From positions 868,001 through 932,000 of the forward strand of contig JAPETS010000007.1 in NCBI GenBank assembly GCA_026023565.1: a stretch of DNA of 64,000 nt, written 5' to 3'. Below the pieces are notes generated by a model that was given only the letters and a program-made list of their open reading frames with translations, was not told the origin of the DNA and ran no database searches. This DNA comes from Cirrosporium novae-zelandiae (Eukaryota). Below, piece after piece: positions 1 to 13,172 of the stretch. A program made the position numbers and the translations under genes. Each line of letters starts with the position of its first letter. The stretch's first letter is position 1.

Positions 1-88
1 TGTAGATCCTGGGGCTGATAATGAGGGTCCTGGGAGGGAGAGTATTGAGGTTAGGGCTTTGGTGTTGACGCCGGAGGATACTGAGTAG
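1..88 (+). CDS. 3' end of AsaB/CmcJ-like (GA4-desaturase family) oxygenase, partial
   Basis: Frame from nt 2 reads VDPGADNEGPGRESIEVRALVLTPEDTE* (TAG 86-88). RESIEVRALV is the typical C-terminal motif of this family. The rest lies upstream of the window. Confidence 0.65.
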   Translation, partial: VDPGADNEGPGRESIEVRALVLTPEDTE

Positions 89-774
89 AGGGAGTGACGT
101 TTTTGGCTGTTGTTGGATGTTTTTTTCGATTAGACTAAACTCTTTTAGGCATTCGTTTTGTTTTCTAGTTGTCTTAGTTGATGATAATTCATGCTCGTTA
201 TTTTCAAAAAAGCAAGCACCTGAGAGATGAACACTGATACCAGGATGAACAATCACTAGCGCTCTTAGGAATCAAACCCAACCTGGTATTCATGGCATTC
301 AACACTGAGGCGTTATCTATGCTAGTCAGAATATGAGTTTGTAGAAATGATGCAGCCAAGGCTCGTACATGAACCAATAGAATGAACGGAAATCAGATTC
401 ATCAGCAAGCCATCCGGAATCGTTTGCGTCCTTAAGAATAGGTAAGAAAGATGCACCTAAATTTAGGTGCAGCACGTTTGTCTGATAACTTTGTCTGATG
501 TTGACTATTCCAGAGTACGACTGGTATCTCAATCCACCTATGTACTGTACTGTACATTCGTACATGAAGCAAAACTGATGTGCTACTTCAACCCATGCAA
601 TTGCGTTATCCCAACGGTTGACGAACTCCCCAGCTCTCGATTGCGTGCTTAACAGAGAAAAAACGACTAGAGCTGCCAATTTTCACGCTGTAGATAAAGT
701 GCATCCATAGCTACAGTAGATAGGAAGAAATTCGCGATTCTGGATATGATAGTCCTTGTTTTGGGTAAATAAAT

Positions 775-2638
775 ATGGCACAATTCCTGAACCACATATA
801 TAAGAAAGTCTTCTCCACAGTGCACAATAGCAAGGAGAATGTTCCAATAAATGCTAACGACAACAAGAAACGCGTCGCCATAATTGGTGCAGGTGTCAGT
901 GGTGTTGCAGGTGCCGCACATTTAAAAGCCGCAGGGATCGATGTGGTGGTGTTTGAGAGAAATAGCGTTGCCGGTGGGGTTTGGTAGGTGATTTCTCTTT
1001 AATCGTCTTGATTCTTCAAACATTATCTTCTGGAAAGAGTGTAATATAAAACATATGAACTAATAAATTCGGTTGAATAAAGGGTCTTTGACGAGAGAAA
1101 GCCCATCGAGCCACCCTACCCTTCTGTGGATGCTTCTTTACCAGAAAGTGAATATCCTGGTCAATGGGGTGATAATGCCGTAAAAGAAAGTGCGCCTACT
1201 GATGGGTACGATATTGATGAAGTCAATCTTCGGCATGCACCCCCTGGGTTTGTGTGCTCCCCCCTCTGTAAAGTCGTTAATATTGATAATGTGCAAGGCC
1301 TTGCTATGCAAGTCTTATGAATAATATATCCACACCTCTACTACAATTGAAGGTCAACTCGTTCCCACCTAAAACACCTGATTATGTCAACCATAAGGTG
1401 CTGGAAGAATATATTCAGGACACCGCACAAAAAACAGGAGTGGATGAGCTAATTTTATATAATACTAACGTGGATAATGCGGAGAAGGAGGACGGGAAAT
1501 GGTGGCTTTCAACAAGCACATTGAAGAGTGGAAAGAAGGTTGCACAGAATTGGGTTAGTGGACCCTATTTGATTAAGGGTATTGACGATTGATTTCATGG
1601 CTCTTCATATAGAAGTTTGATACGCTCGTCATCGCTTCGGGGCATTATCATGCATGCAATGTCCCTGATATACCCGGATTATCAGAGTGGAAGGCAAGGT
1701 GGCCAGAAAGGATCCAACATTCCAAGGGATACAGAAGACCTCTAGAGTTCAAGGATAAGGTCTGTTTCCTTTCATGGTTCCTGAAGAATGAACCATCTAA
1801 TCTGACACTGGGCTGTATGATGTAGAACGTCCTCCTTATAGGGGCAGGGGTTTCATCGACGGACATTGCTCGAGATGTCGCCCCAATTGCAAATCAGATT
1901 TACCAAGTCTCTCGCAATGGTCCTTTTGACCTACCTGCTAGCTTTCTTCCAGTTGGTGCAACACGCATTGGGGAGATTGCATCATTCGAGAAGCCTCCTG
2001 GAAAGGTAGATAATTCTCTGGCCACTGATCAAGCAATCCCGTCTAGTGTTGCCCTGAAAAATGGCACAAAACTTGAGAATATCCACAACGTTATTGTCTG
2101 CACAGGGTACCACTGTTCTTATCCCTTTCTCCGAACCTACCACAGCAATAAAACTCCCACCGAGCCAGCCTCTGACACCGTCCTCGTGACTGACGGGATC
2201 CAGACACACAATCTCCACAAAGACATTTTTTATATCCCTGATCCAACTCTTGCGTTTATTGGTGTCCCATATTTCACAGCCACTTTCACGCTCTTTGAAT
2301 TCCAGGCCATTGTTCTAGCGGCAATTTTATCCGGGAAGGCGAGTCTTCCAACAGAGGAGGATATGAGGACGGAGTATCGACAGAGGATGGCGGAAAAAGG
2401 GACAGGCAAGGCATTTCACTCCCTAAAGAACCAAGAGGTAGAATATGTGGATCAATTGATGGATTGGATCAACACAGACGGTCGGAAGCTTGGAGTAAAG
2501 CCAATTGAAGGGCATACGAAAGAGTGGCATGAGGCGAATGTTGATAGAATGGAAAAGTTAAGACTGCGAATGGAGGCAAAGAATGGCGATGAGGTTGAGC
2601 GCCTGAATAATTTGGCCAAGGATAGACATATTCTCTGA
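775..2638 (+). CDS. Flavin-containing monooxygenase (FMO-like), multi-exon
   Basis: FAD motif VAIIGAGVSG..AGGVW; FMO motif region ASGHYH..HSKGY; NADPH motif LIGAGVSSTD; VCTGY; DIFYIPDPTLAFIG. First intron 984-1082 (GT..AG), several more follow. Confidence 0.9.
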
Positions 2639-3581
2639 CCAGTAACCGGCCGGTAAATAGTAATTCGTGATTGTTGAGTTGTGCGATGAAGTGTGTGAGC
2701 AGTGTTCGTGTTGGTAGGACCAGAAGCGAGATTAGGGCATGCGCAGTAAGCAGCTTTCAAGGTTCTAACGCCCAGATGATTAGAAGAAACAACTTATCCA
2801 TGTTATATTTCAAGACATAAGATGAAGTCAGCAAAGATTAAAGGTAGTTGTATAACACCTGCTGTGGGAAATTTATAAGTCCGATATATCCTAGTGCAGG
2901 ACAGCTACAGCGAGAACTCGAGAGAGCTCTCGCACTCGATCCTTCGGAGGTTTGCGAAGATTACTCACCTTTCAGTTTCAGGATACATATTTTAGTCACT
3001 CTATGTGTCGTGGATATGGTGTTTTCACCAAAGAGATCCTGAGGAACAGTCTTTCGGACCGGTAAGGCTTGAGCTAAATTCCAACGTTACTGGACCTTTC
3101 TCGTCTCTTTCAGCCTACCCCGCTTTAAATCCTCCTATCATAGCCATCATGGTTGCAGTATTGTGATTGTGAACCATCAATTCATATTCATATTGGTGGT
3201 CTTTCCTTGAATGGTCCCCGGGAGCAAATAATATAAATTCATCAACTACTTATCTGAGCCTGAAATGCCGACCATGCATGTACACCGATGACAAAGCCAG
3301 CCATAAGATGACTGTCTACCTTTCTATGCACATTAGCGTCTTGAGAAGATAGGTATGCATCCAGAATATGGAATGGAAATACGTATGTGGCAGATTTCGG
3401 ATATCATCAAGTACTGTCTCGTCCGATACTTTGCACCTCATAGATATGTTATTCTTGCTAGATTGGAGCTTATGGCTTCCAAGAGATAAAAGGAGCCCAT
3501 CTTCTTTCCCAATTGCTCTTCAAAACATCCAAGTGCTTCATCTTTTTGTCAAAGGACTTGTTTTCCCATCTACTTCCAGCT

Positions 3582-6500
3582 ATGACTGAGCCGATTCCCA
3601 ACGGTCCTCCGGGACTACCCCTCGTAGGAAACGTTTTTGACGTTGACCCTCGCGATTCGCTACTGAGCATAATACACCTCTGCAAGATCTATGGTATGTT
3701 CATCTTGTGAGGCCGAGCGAATATATTGACTTTCAAAGGCCCTGTCTTCAGACTACGCCTCCCAGGCTCGGATGAAATTGTCATTGCTGAGCACAGCCTT
3801 TACGACGAGTTATGCGACGAGAAGCGATTTACTAAAAAGATTGGAGCAAGCTTGGATCAAGTTAGAAATGGGTAAGCATAATATCCTATAACCTGTCGAG
3901 AACGTTTAAGGCATCTGGAAATTAACATGAAAAGGGTTCACGATGGTTTATTCACCGCGTATCCCCATGAACATAATTGGGAGGTTGCCCATCGTATCCT
4001 AGTGCCAGCATTTGGGCCTTTGAGCATCCGTAACATGTTTGATGAAATGCATGATATCTCGATTCAGCTAGTCCTCAAGTGGGCAAGATACGGTGATGAG
4101 AACGTCATCAATGTGACTGATGATTTCACACGACTCACACTAGACTCGATTGCCCTTTGTGCCATGGGTACGAGATTCAATTCGTTCTATACCCAAGAGA
4201 TGAACCCATTTGTGACTGCAATGGTGGACTTTCTCCTTGAATCCGGGAGACGAGGCCTTCGTTCATCTTTTGTCAATTCGTGGATGCGTTCATCAGAGAA
4301 AAAGTACTTTGAAAACATTGAATTGATGCGATCTATGGCGATGAAAATGGTGGAGCACAGAAAGGCCAATCCGAATAACAAGAAAGATCTAGTCAATGCA
4401 ATGCTAAATGGAAAAGATCCCAAGACTGGAGAGAAAATGTCAGATGATAGCATCGCATATAACATGATCACATTTTTGATTGCAGGTAATATCACTAATT
4501 GAAAAACGCCAAGTTATGTCAAGGTGCTAAGCCAATATAGGCCATGAAACCACCAGCGGGACGCTCTCTTTCTTATTTTATCGCCTTTGCAGTGACCCTC
4601 GTATTATGGAAAAGGCCCAGAAGGAAGTCGACGAAGTGGTAGGTAAGGGACCGATCACAGTTGAACATCTTTCCAAATTGCCTTATATAAATGCTTGCTT
4701 GAGAGAGACTTTGCGTCTTACCCCGACAGCCTCCCAGGGCTTCATGAGTGCATGGCCAGAATCCAAGGAGGATCCTATTATCATCGGTGGCAAGTATAGG
4801 GTTGATCACAATCAAACATTCCGACTGGTACTACCTATGATTCATCGAGATCCAAAGGTCTACGGTGACGATGCGGAAGAGTTCAAACCAGAACGCATGC
4901 TGGATGAAAACTTCAAAAAATTGCCAAAGAATGCTTGGAAAGTAAGTACCCGTCAAATATCTTTCTTGAGCGAAATGCTTCTGCCCAGCTTCCTATATAT
5001 TTTGGCAAGGATCATGGCTTATTTGAGTCTAGCCATTTGGAAATGGCCAAAGAGGCTGTATCGGTCGGGATTTTGCTTGGCAGGAAATGCTGCTCTGTAT
5101 TGCGATGCTACTTCAGAATTTTCACTTTCGCCATTATGATCCGAATTACAAATTGTCCATTAGGCAGACGCTCACCATCAAACCGAAGGGGTTCTTCATG
5201 TACGCTAATTTAAGACCCGGTATTGACGTCTCTACCTTGGAGAAAAACCTTAGTAATGCTCAAATGAAACATGAAGCCACACCCCCTTCCACTCCAATCC
5301 GGGGGACTTCTACCGCAAAGAAGCTAATGGCTGTCTTCTTTGGTGGAAACATGGGGACATGCGAAAGTCTGGCTCAAAAGATTGCCCAATCCGCAGCAGA
5401 TCACGGCTATCAAGTTGATATCAAACCTCTTGACGACGCGACTAGTGATCTGCCTAAAGATGTTCCTATTCTAATTATATCATCTAGTTACGAAGGAGAG
5501 CCACCAGACAATGCAGGCCAATTTGTGCACTGGTTGGAAGATCTAAAGTCTTCTGGAACCCTCAAAGGAGTGAAGTATGGCGTTTTTGGATGCGGAAATC
5601 GTGACTGGAAAGCTACCTTCCAGAGAATCCCTAAATTAATTGATTCTCTCCTTGAAGAGAATGGGGGAAAGAGAATTGTCAATAGGGGTCTTGCAGATGC
5701 AGCAGACAACGACATTTTCAATGATTTTGAGAAGTGGGAAGATAACTCCTTCTGGCCTCAGATTTCCAAGTATTTCGGTGAAGTGAAGTCGGAGGGTCCT
5801 GTTGGGTTGGATGTTGAAGTATCTACTACTCTAAGATCATCTCATCTTCGCCAAGATGTCAGGGAAGCTATCGTGCTCAAGAACGAGGTCTTGACATCAT
5901 CTGACGACCCTGCTGCTAAGCGGTATATGGAGCTGAAACTACCAACTGACATGGAATATAGAGCTGGCGATTACTTGGCTGTTTTACCAATCAATACCAG
6001 CAAGACTATCCGACGAGTCTTCAAGCGTTTTGGCCTTCCATGGGATGCCAATATTACGATCAAGTCGGGGGCCACCGTCATCCCAAAGGATAGGCCACTT
6101 CCTCTCCGTGATGTGCTTTCTTCATATGTTGAGCTTTCTCAGCCAGCTACTCGAAAAGTAAGCGTTTCTATTTTCTTCATATTCACAAAATCAAGTTAGT
6201 TTGTTAGACCAGTTCTCGGTTTTGCTTGACAGCCTTGTCAGATGCTACATCTCTGACATTCCTTCCGATGTCATTTCAATGTTATCCTGCTTGAAGCCCC
6301 CCGGAGACAGGTGGTCTGGTATTCTGAACACAAGAAAATATTTTATACAGTTGTCCGTGAGAGCTGTTTCTAATCCCTTTATTTGGCAGAACGTTCGAGT
6401 AATCGTACAGTCGATCCCAGACGAAACAGTTCGCCATGAAGCAGAAAGCCTCGCCGGCGACTCATTCGACTCCGAAATCACAGCCAAGCGCACCAGCGTT

Positions 6501-7265
6501 TTGGACCTCCTCGAAAAATACCCAAGCTCGACTCTTACCATTGGTGATTTCCTCGCTATGCTCCCTCAACTCCGTCTTCGCCAATACTCTATTTCTTCAT
6601 CCCCACTTGTAGATCCGGGCACCGTCTCCATAACTTGGAGCGTTTTGGACGAAGAATCCTACCAACATCAAGGGAAACGTTTTCTAGGCGCAGCCTCGAA
6701 CTACCTGTCAAACCTGGAACCAGGTGACCACGTCCACATCAATGTCAAATCAAGCCACGCATCCTTTCATCTCCCTCTAGACATCGAGAACACTCCTATA
6801 ATTATGATAGCTGCCGGAACAGGCATCGCTCCCTTCCACGGCTTCATCCAAGAGCGTGTCAAGCAAATCGAAGCGGGTCGAACCCTGGCCCCGGCACTCT
6901 TATTCTTCGGCTGCCGCGATCCCAATATCGACCTCCTTTTTTCCACCGAGTTGGATGAATGGTCCAAAAAGGGCGTCGTGGATCCCCGCTACGCCTTCTC
7001 TCGAGCTAACGATAAGTCTAACGGTGCTAAATACGTGCAAGATCGCTTCTGGCAGGACCGAAAAGAGGTTGGAGAGCTGTTTGGAAAGGGGGCCAAGGTC
7101 TATGTGTGCGGGCACTCAAGATGTGTAGAAGGGGTGGCGGAGGCCGGGAAGAGGATGAAGAAAGAGTATGAAGAGAAGGCTGGGAGAAGCATCAATGATG
7201 AGGGTGCTGATGAATGGTTCAGGGCTTTGAGGAATGAGAGGTATATGACTGATGCTTTTGACTAG
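3582..7265 (+). CDS. CYP505: Bifunctional cytochrome P450/NADPH-P450 reductase (P450foxy/BM3-like), multi-exon
   Basis: [29 protein letters not shown], heme motif [11 protein letters not shown] after splicing, flavodoxin [33 protein letters not shown], ends RYMTDAFD*. Confidence 0.95.
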
Positions 7266-7713
7266 TTATTGAAATTGGAAACAGTTGGAGAGTATGTAGG
7301 TAAGGCTTCTTATTAGCCACATTCATTAACTGGATTTTTTTTCCTTCTGATGAGAGAGATAGAGTTATTGTATCATATTAAGTAATTGCTTTCAGTATAA
7401 TTTCGTATCCGGACGATCTTGAAAGAAAATGGCCGGTAGATGCATGCATCGCACATTGAAATTGCACCGCCTAGACAAACCGATAGGAGCAAATTATCTA
7501 CCTAGTTCAGCCCAACTCTTGTCACAGCTACATTTACGATACTAGGCCCATTAGTGGCCATTATCTTTGGTACTAGACTGCATTACCTAGCAAGCACACA
7601 TCGGTCATTGAAAGCCACGTTGATTCGGAAGATGTCGTGCTTGCATTACTCCTCAAAACGTCCATTCGGATTTGGGTTTTTATATCACTTGCTTCATAGC
7701 AGATGTTCAGCTA

Positions 7714-8922
7714 CTAGTGCCACCAATTGGCAGGACTCTTTCTTGCTTGTCTCAGGCTTTGGAGGAGGTTCATGCTTCCGTTGTATTGCAGGCTCTCCAA
7801 AAAGTCATATGGAAGATAATCAGAGACAGTTTCTGTCAAGCCGGCGGCAGTCACAGGTTCATCGAGAGTGATAATATTGTTGTTGTGCAAGTCCGTTTCA
7901 AATCTGCTTCGAATTGTTGGATTGGGTGCCCCTATGTCAAAGGGCTTTAGAAATCCCTCACGGCAGATGGCTGTACTGCTCAATGCTTTCCATTCCGGAG
8001 AGTCTGGCGATTCCCCGTCGCCGACGTCCATCCAGCGAGATACGCAGAGGATCATTTCACGTTCTCTGAGCAACCTCGGAAATGGTCGGGGGTCTGCGAT
8101 GACTTGGAATTGAGAGGCGGGGCGTAGCTCTACGAGATACTCGGACGGACATGAAGGGCAGCGGAATAGAGCACTGCGGTAGCTGTAGTTCTTTGCTTGT
8201 TTCCAATTTCGAGGCAGGTTATCCACTGCCTCAAAGCATGCGTTCAACAAGGGCCATGGTTTAAAGAGATGGTTGCAAGCACACAGATTCTGACCGATAA
8301 CGGCGAGATTTGCTACAGGTCTTTTGGGATCGATCAATGCACAGTTTTGTACTTTCAGGAACAGATGATCGTCGATGATTGAAGCTTTCGTTTCTATCCA
8401 GACATCCTGTCCCCTGTTTTCGACGCAGCTCAGGGCTTTTAGACCTACTCCATAACGCGGGCCGCATCGATAAGCCCTCATGACCAGTTGTATCAGCCAC
8501 CAGTCCAGCTCAAGCGACCAGGAGATACGTGCAGTCTCGCGATGGCGGCAGCATCTTTTGATGTAGTTGAATTTCTTGCTAGCTTGCAGGGTCTCTGCAT
8601 ACTTATATGTTCGCCGTCTCCGATGGAAGATTTTACACGATGAGCATAAAAGATATTTGGGCATGCTTACATCCAGCAGTCTAAGGAAAGCAAGCTTTTC
8701 GGGCCCAGGGTTGCGGAGATTATACCAATATTCATGACCCAATGTGTATGCCATATGACGGCAGGTGAGGGCGAGGGAGGCGGTAGAGATGAATGGTAAA
8801 TACGAAACAATCATATGCCATAACTCGGGTGGTAATTTTTCAAATATGTTGGGTGGGGTGGGAGATATTAATGACTTGATTCCACGAGGGAGCGCACGGC
8901 AGAAATTAAGGCAGCACGCCAT
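7714..8922 (-). CDS. F-box domain protein
   Basis: 402-aa single ORF; N-terminal FEKLPPELWHMIVSYLP..SLALTCR F-box; CxxC..FH and C-terminal RCPSCPSEY/RWMDVGDGESPDSPEW typical of fungal F-box families. Confidence 0.85.
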   Translation of the reverse strand: MACCLNFCRALPRGIKSLISPTPPNIFEKLPPELWHMIVSYLPFISTASLALTCRHMAYTLGHEYWYNLRNPGPEKLAFLRLLDVSMPKYLLCSSCKIFHRRRRTYKYAETLQASKKFNYIKRCCRHRETARISWSLELDWWLIQLVMRAYRCGPRYGVGLKALSCVENRGQDVWIETKASIIDDHLFLKVQNCALIDPKRPVANLAVIGQNLCACNHLFKPWPLLNACFEAVDNLPRNWKQAKNYSYRSALFRCPSCPSEYLVELRPASQFQVIADPRPFPRLLREREMILCVSRWMDVGDGESPDSPEWKALSSTAICREGFLKPFDIGAPNPTIRSRFETDLHNNNIITLDEPVTAAGLTETVSDYLPYDFLESLQYNGSMNLLQSLRQARKSPANWWH

Positions 8923-8973
8923 CGAGAGAGATGGACATGTAACTAGAAATCCATCATACTTGTAGATATAAAA

Positions 8974-8993
8974 TGTGTGTGTGTGTGTGTGTG
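8974..8993. repeat. (TG)n microsatellite
   Basis: About 10 TG units just upstream of the F-box start. Confidence 0.85.
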
Positions 8994-9399
8994 TTCTGGA
9001 AAAGATGGAATGACCAGCGAGCTATGGTTTAACAAAATATGGTAGCTAAAAGCTGTTGGGCTATATGTGGCCATGGGTAGCATTAAATATATTCTAGTTC
9101 CTGCACCTAATCAATCGTACAGGCCCACGTTGTCACGTGAACGCCCCGATAAAGGACACCCCCAATGAACTTCACGAACCATGAACGACACCTCTGAAAC
9201 AGAGAAATGTCACTGTGTCATGCTATATTAAAGCCAATCAATTTGGCTCCGATTTGTGGAGACAGGTGAAACCGATTGGATACATGGGGGAATTAGGAAC
9301 GTGAACACAGTTTTCTTTCATATGACTCGGTTTGATTATACTTCATGTGTTGTCATGCAAGACAAGCAAGGCCATGACCCATAAGTGAGAGGAATAAGA

Positions 9400-9689
9400 A
9401 CTACTGTAACCCGACTGGACTAAGGCCTTTCAGTCTGGTCGGTCTATAAGATTAAGGATATTCAAAACACCTTAATTCTCTTATCTCCCACGTGGTCTTT
9501 ATCTAATCTTTTATCTAATCTAAGCGAAATACAAAATATATATTTCCCTCAGTAATATTCTAAATATCCTAGGTATTCCAAATACCTGGTGTGTATGTTT
9601 TATATCCACGTGATAGACCAAATAGGCTTTCAGAGATTAAGGTCTGGTGGGTCTGGTGGGTCTGGGCTATTTCGTCTAATCTAACCCCT
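9400..9689. mobile_element. Degenerate hAT-type non-autonomous element remnant
   Basis: Repeated GGTCTGGT/AGACC motifs; ends GTCTAATCTAACCCCT, the reverse complement of the CAGGGTTAGGATTAGAC end at 11196; related to the MITE at 13073. Left boundary approximate. Confidence 0.45.
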
Positions 9690-9699
9690 TCCCTTCCAA

Positions 9700-10802
9700 G
9701 TACTGTTTAATCATCACTTTACCCTTCTTTATTCTCGGGGACTATTATAATTCCCAAGACCACCTTGAGCCAGAAAATATCCTCAGAATTTCTAACCAGC
9801 TGCTAGAGGCCATTGCCTTTATCCATAACGCTGGTCTGGGACATGGAGGTAAGGCCGGGTCTCATCACTATTTTCATGCTTTCAGTTAAAGCTATTTCCT
9901 CCATCCTGTTTTTGATTGCAGCTAATTGGTAACAGATATAAGTAACAGAAACGTCGCCTTTAGTTGCAGTAATTTATCGAAGATGACAGAAGAAGCCCTC
10001 TTTGAAATCCTTGGGCCTCCAGAGTCGGAAGAATTGGCTCGTGTGTATGGCAAGCCATTGGACAAAGGCTTACCCAAACATCTAGTAAAGGCGAGAGAGT
10101 GGGATGACTGGGTGGATGAAGATGAGGAAGATCTTCGGATAATCGACTTTGGTGAGGCTTTTCTCCAAGAAGCAGAGCCTAAAGTCCTTCCTCAACTAGG
10201 GCAGTTACAGGTACCGGAGATAATTTTCACAGAATGCTTTGACTATACAATTGATCTATGGTCTGCAGGCTGTATGGTGAGGAGCCCCGCTTGAACTTAT
10301 AGAGAGGAATGTTAACAGCTATTTCCATAGATTTATTCGTTCATATTTGGAGTAGTTCCATTTTTGTACCTAGGGGACGATGATATTCTGGTCGCACAAA
10401 TGATCGGTTTTGTGGAGAAGTTGCCCACAGAATGGCTGCCAAAGTGGAACTGCATGCGACTAAGCTCCCAACATATATTAGAACCTGAAGAAAGTAAGTT
10501 AGAAGTTTTAATGTTTTGATAAATTTATCTCAAACGTAGACCAAGTGTTCACAATTTGCTCTTAAAAGACCAATAAAGCTAATTTGTTTAAAGATTTTCA
10601 ATATCCACTGTCAAAACTAGAGCAAAAATTCAACGAAAGAATCCACGAACCGACTCTTAGACCTCTTCTTTTAGTTATGCGGGAGCTAATAAGATTTATG
10701 CCCTCAAATCGGGGCTCAGTAGTTTAGGTACTTGCTCTCCTTAAATCTGACAGTGACAAGGTTGAAAATATTGAAGAGGTAGCAGACGGGATAAATCTCT
10801 AA
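9700..10802 (+). pseudogene. SRPK/CMGC-like protein kinase pseudogene, 5'-truncated
   Basis: QLLEAIAFIHNAGLGHG / intron / DISNRNVAF (catalytic loop), IIDFGEAF, QVPEIIF..IDLWSAGCM. No N-lobe visible upstream; likely in-frame TAG near 10725. Confidence 0.75.
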
Positions 10803-11099
10803 GAATTGCTGGCCGAGAAGTGAGTGGTTCTCAAAATGAACCAATTCCCTCATCCTTACTTACCTAAGTAATCCTAATTTCTAATTACAATTTATAGCAA
10901 CGTGACAACTGAACTATTAGAATAGCATATTTTCATATACATCCAGTGAAGAGACTTTTGTAGTATTGGGGAGGGCTTTAGAGTATCAGAGCTCGGGGCA
11001 AAGGGAGGCAATGAAAGTCACCACCAAAATTTCCGCCACAATCTTGATTTATATATTATATCATTATTTACTAACCAATCAAACCCCTATTATATCACA

Positions 11100-11290
11100 T
11101 GACTGACGGTCTATAGTCTGACTAGATCACCCCTCTCGTTTGGTCGGTCTCATCGATTCTCTTTCCTGTTATATATCATCAAATGGGAATATATTCAGGG
11201 TTAGGATTAGACTAGACCAAATAGACGGTCTGACGTACATGTAGACCGACCAGACCTTGATTGCCTAAGGGTTATCCGGTCTATATAATC
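11100..11290. mobile_element. hAT-type MITE remnants
   Basis: CAGGGTTAGGATTAGACTAGACC at 11196 followed by AGACCGACCAGACC, and TGGTCGGTCTCATCGATTCTCTTTCCTG ending near 11168; both resemble the ends of the element at 13073-13172. Confidence 0.5.
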
Positions 11291-11639
11291 ACGAATTAAG
11301 GTGACCGTAGTGTCGGGTAGTGGTAGGGTAGTGGTGAAAAAAAATCACCACTACCCTAGAAGTGTAAGGTCGACACTAGTGAATACCCAACACTTGCGGC
11401 CACTCTAGTAGAAGGTAGTATAAAAGGAAAGAAAGCTGATAACATATAAACCCCCCCGACACGCTTTATATAGACTATATACTATGACACGGAATAAAGA
11501 AATCCCCTGGGGTTCCGGTTAAATGAAACCCTCGCTTGGCATCTCTCTCCGTGGTTGCTTGGTTGTGCAGGCAAGTAGGGTGGGGAACCCTACTCTACTA
11601 GAATATATAACTGTTTTATCCTAAGAAATCTATATCCAT

Positions 11640-12480
11640 TTATTTCCTATATATATGTGTGTGTATATGTGTATGTATGTATGTATATATATATATATGG
11701 CAGGACCAGACAGGACAGGACAGGACAGGACAGGATAGCTAAAGAGTCATCATTCATCATCATTATTGAAATAACATATTTTCCTTTGCCCCCCCCCTCC
11801 CCCCCTACCTTCCTTTCCTCTCTCTCCTTTTCTCAACTCAGAAATGAAATTTGGAAACCACATGCATCGTTTTTTTTTTCTTTTCTCCCGGCGAGTCGAG
11901 ATTGAGGTTCAAGTTAAGTTTGGGTTCTCTTTCTAATTACTGACTACTCTTTACTCTCTACCTCTTGTATGCGAAATTAAATACCCTCTTAATCCCAACA
12001 TATCCATATCCAAAGCTCAATTATCAAAAAAACGTTATTTTGTTATTTAATATATTTAGTAGTACTGTACAATAAGGCGCGCGTTTTTACGCTTTGGCGC
12101 TTTACAGGAGAACCCTTGAATGGAATAAATTGAAGGGATAAGTTGGGAAAAATTGAAATTGAATTGTTGATTTGTTTTATGTAAAATATAAAGATTTTTG
12201 AGGGTGGGTGGTGGGTTTTGGGATTTTGGATGTTTGGATGTACGTGTACATGTACTGGGGTTGAATGGTAAATGGTAAGATTTTCTTGGGAGGGTGGGGA
12301 TGAGGGTTTGTGAGTAGGGAGAGAGGGAAGTAGGAAGGCATGCATATTGTTGGGATAAAAGATAGTAGGAGTAGGAGTAGAGTTGTTTATTTAGGATGAT
12401 GGGAAAGAAAGAGAAGAGAAGGGGAAGGGAAGTTGGATCGTGGGATTTTGTGTTTATTTATATTAGGGATGATGATTCAC
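11640..12480. repeat. Low-complexity/microsatellite block
   Basis: TA/TG dinucleotide runs, (CAGGA)n at 11701-11735, poly-C and poly-T tracts, then a G/A-rich half. Confidence 0.7.
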
Positions 12481-12735
12481 TTTATTGTCCGCATCTCGCT
12501 TTTATGTTATGGCGGACATATTATACCAAAGTATTAGTGATAATTAGGGGGCTAGCTAATCAGCTACTTATGGTTCAACGCATTCAAGGAAGGTAAGGGG
12601 TTGGTTTCGCTCATATGAGATCTTTGAGCGTCCCGGAATCTCAAAGGATATCTTTCGGCTTCGGATAATTATAACATAAACCAAATTTCGGTTTTGTTCA
12701 TATTTTTTGAAATTTCTAGAGGTACATACACCGTA

Positions 12736-12978
12736 CTCTGTCAATCCTAGAATATTTTTTAGCACCCCCCCCTCCCCACTTTGATAGGGATCTGAACTAC
12801 CTGTATTTTAACCTGTTATTTCAATTTTCGTTATTTTTCTCTCCCGTCTTATGGCTGTCAAGGTACTCTAAGTCAGTAAAATATTGAAATATTACTACGG
12901 AAATTAACTGTATAAAACTAGAGTGCACGAGCCGTGAAGTGGGGGGGGTACTAACAAAACATTCTAGGATTGACTGAG
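12736..12978. mobile_element. Tc1/mariner-type MITE, family A copy 1
   Basis: TIRs CTC(T/A)GTCAATCCTAGAAT..ATTCTAGGATTGACTGAG; TA at 12734-35 and 12979-80; second copy at 26282-26508. Confidence 0.9.
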
Positions 12979-13072
12979 TAGTTACGAGACTGATAGGTTG
13001 AGGTACGCTAGAAACATATTGGAATAATTTTGAAATGTTCTTCATAAGGTGTGGTTATGACTGTTGTTCTGT

Positions 13073-13172
13073 CAGGGAAAGGAATAGATTAGACCGACCA
13101 GACCAAGGGGTCCGGTCGGTCTAGCCCGCCCACGTCAGACCTTCCATTTGGTCCAGTCTATTCCTTTCCCTG
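13073..13172. mobile_element. 100-bp hAT-type MITE
   Basis: 23-bp TIRs CAGGGAAAGGAATAGA(T/C)T(A/G)GACC with 2 mismatches; exact 8-bp TSD TGTTCTGT at 13065-13072 and 13173-13180. Confidence 0.92.
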
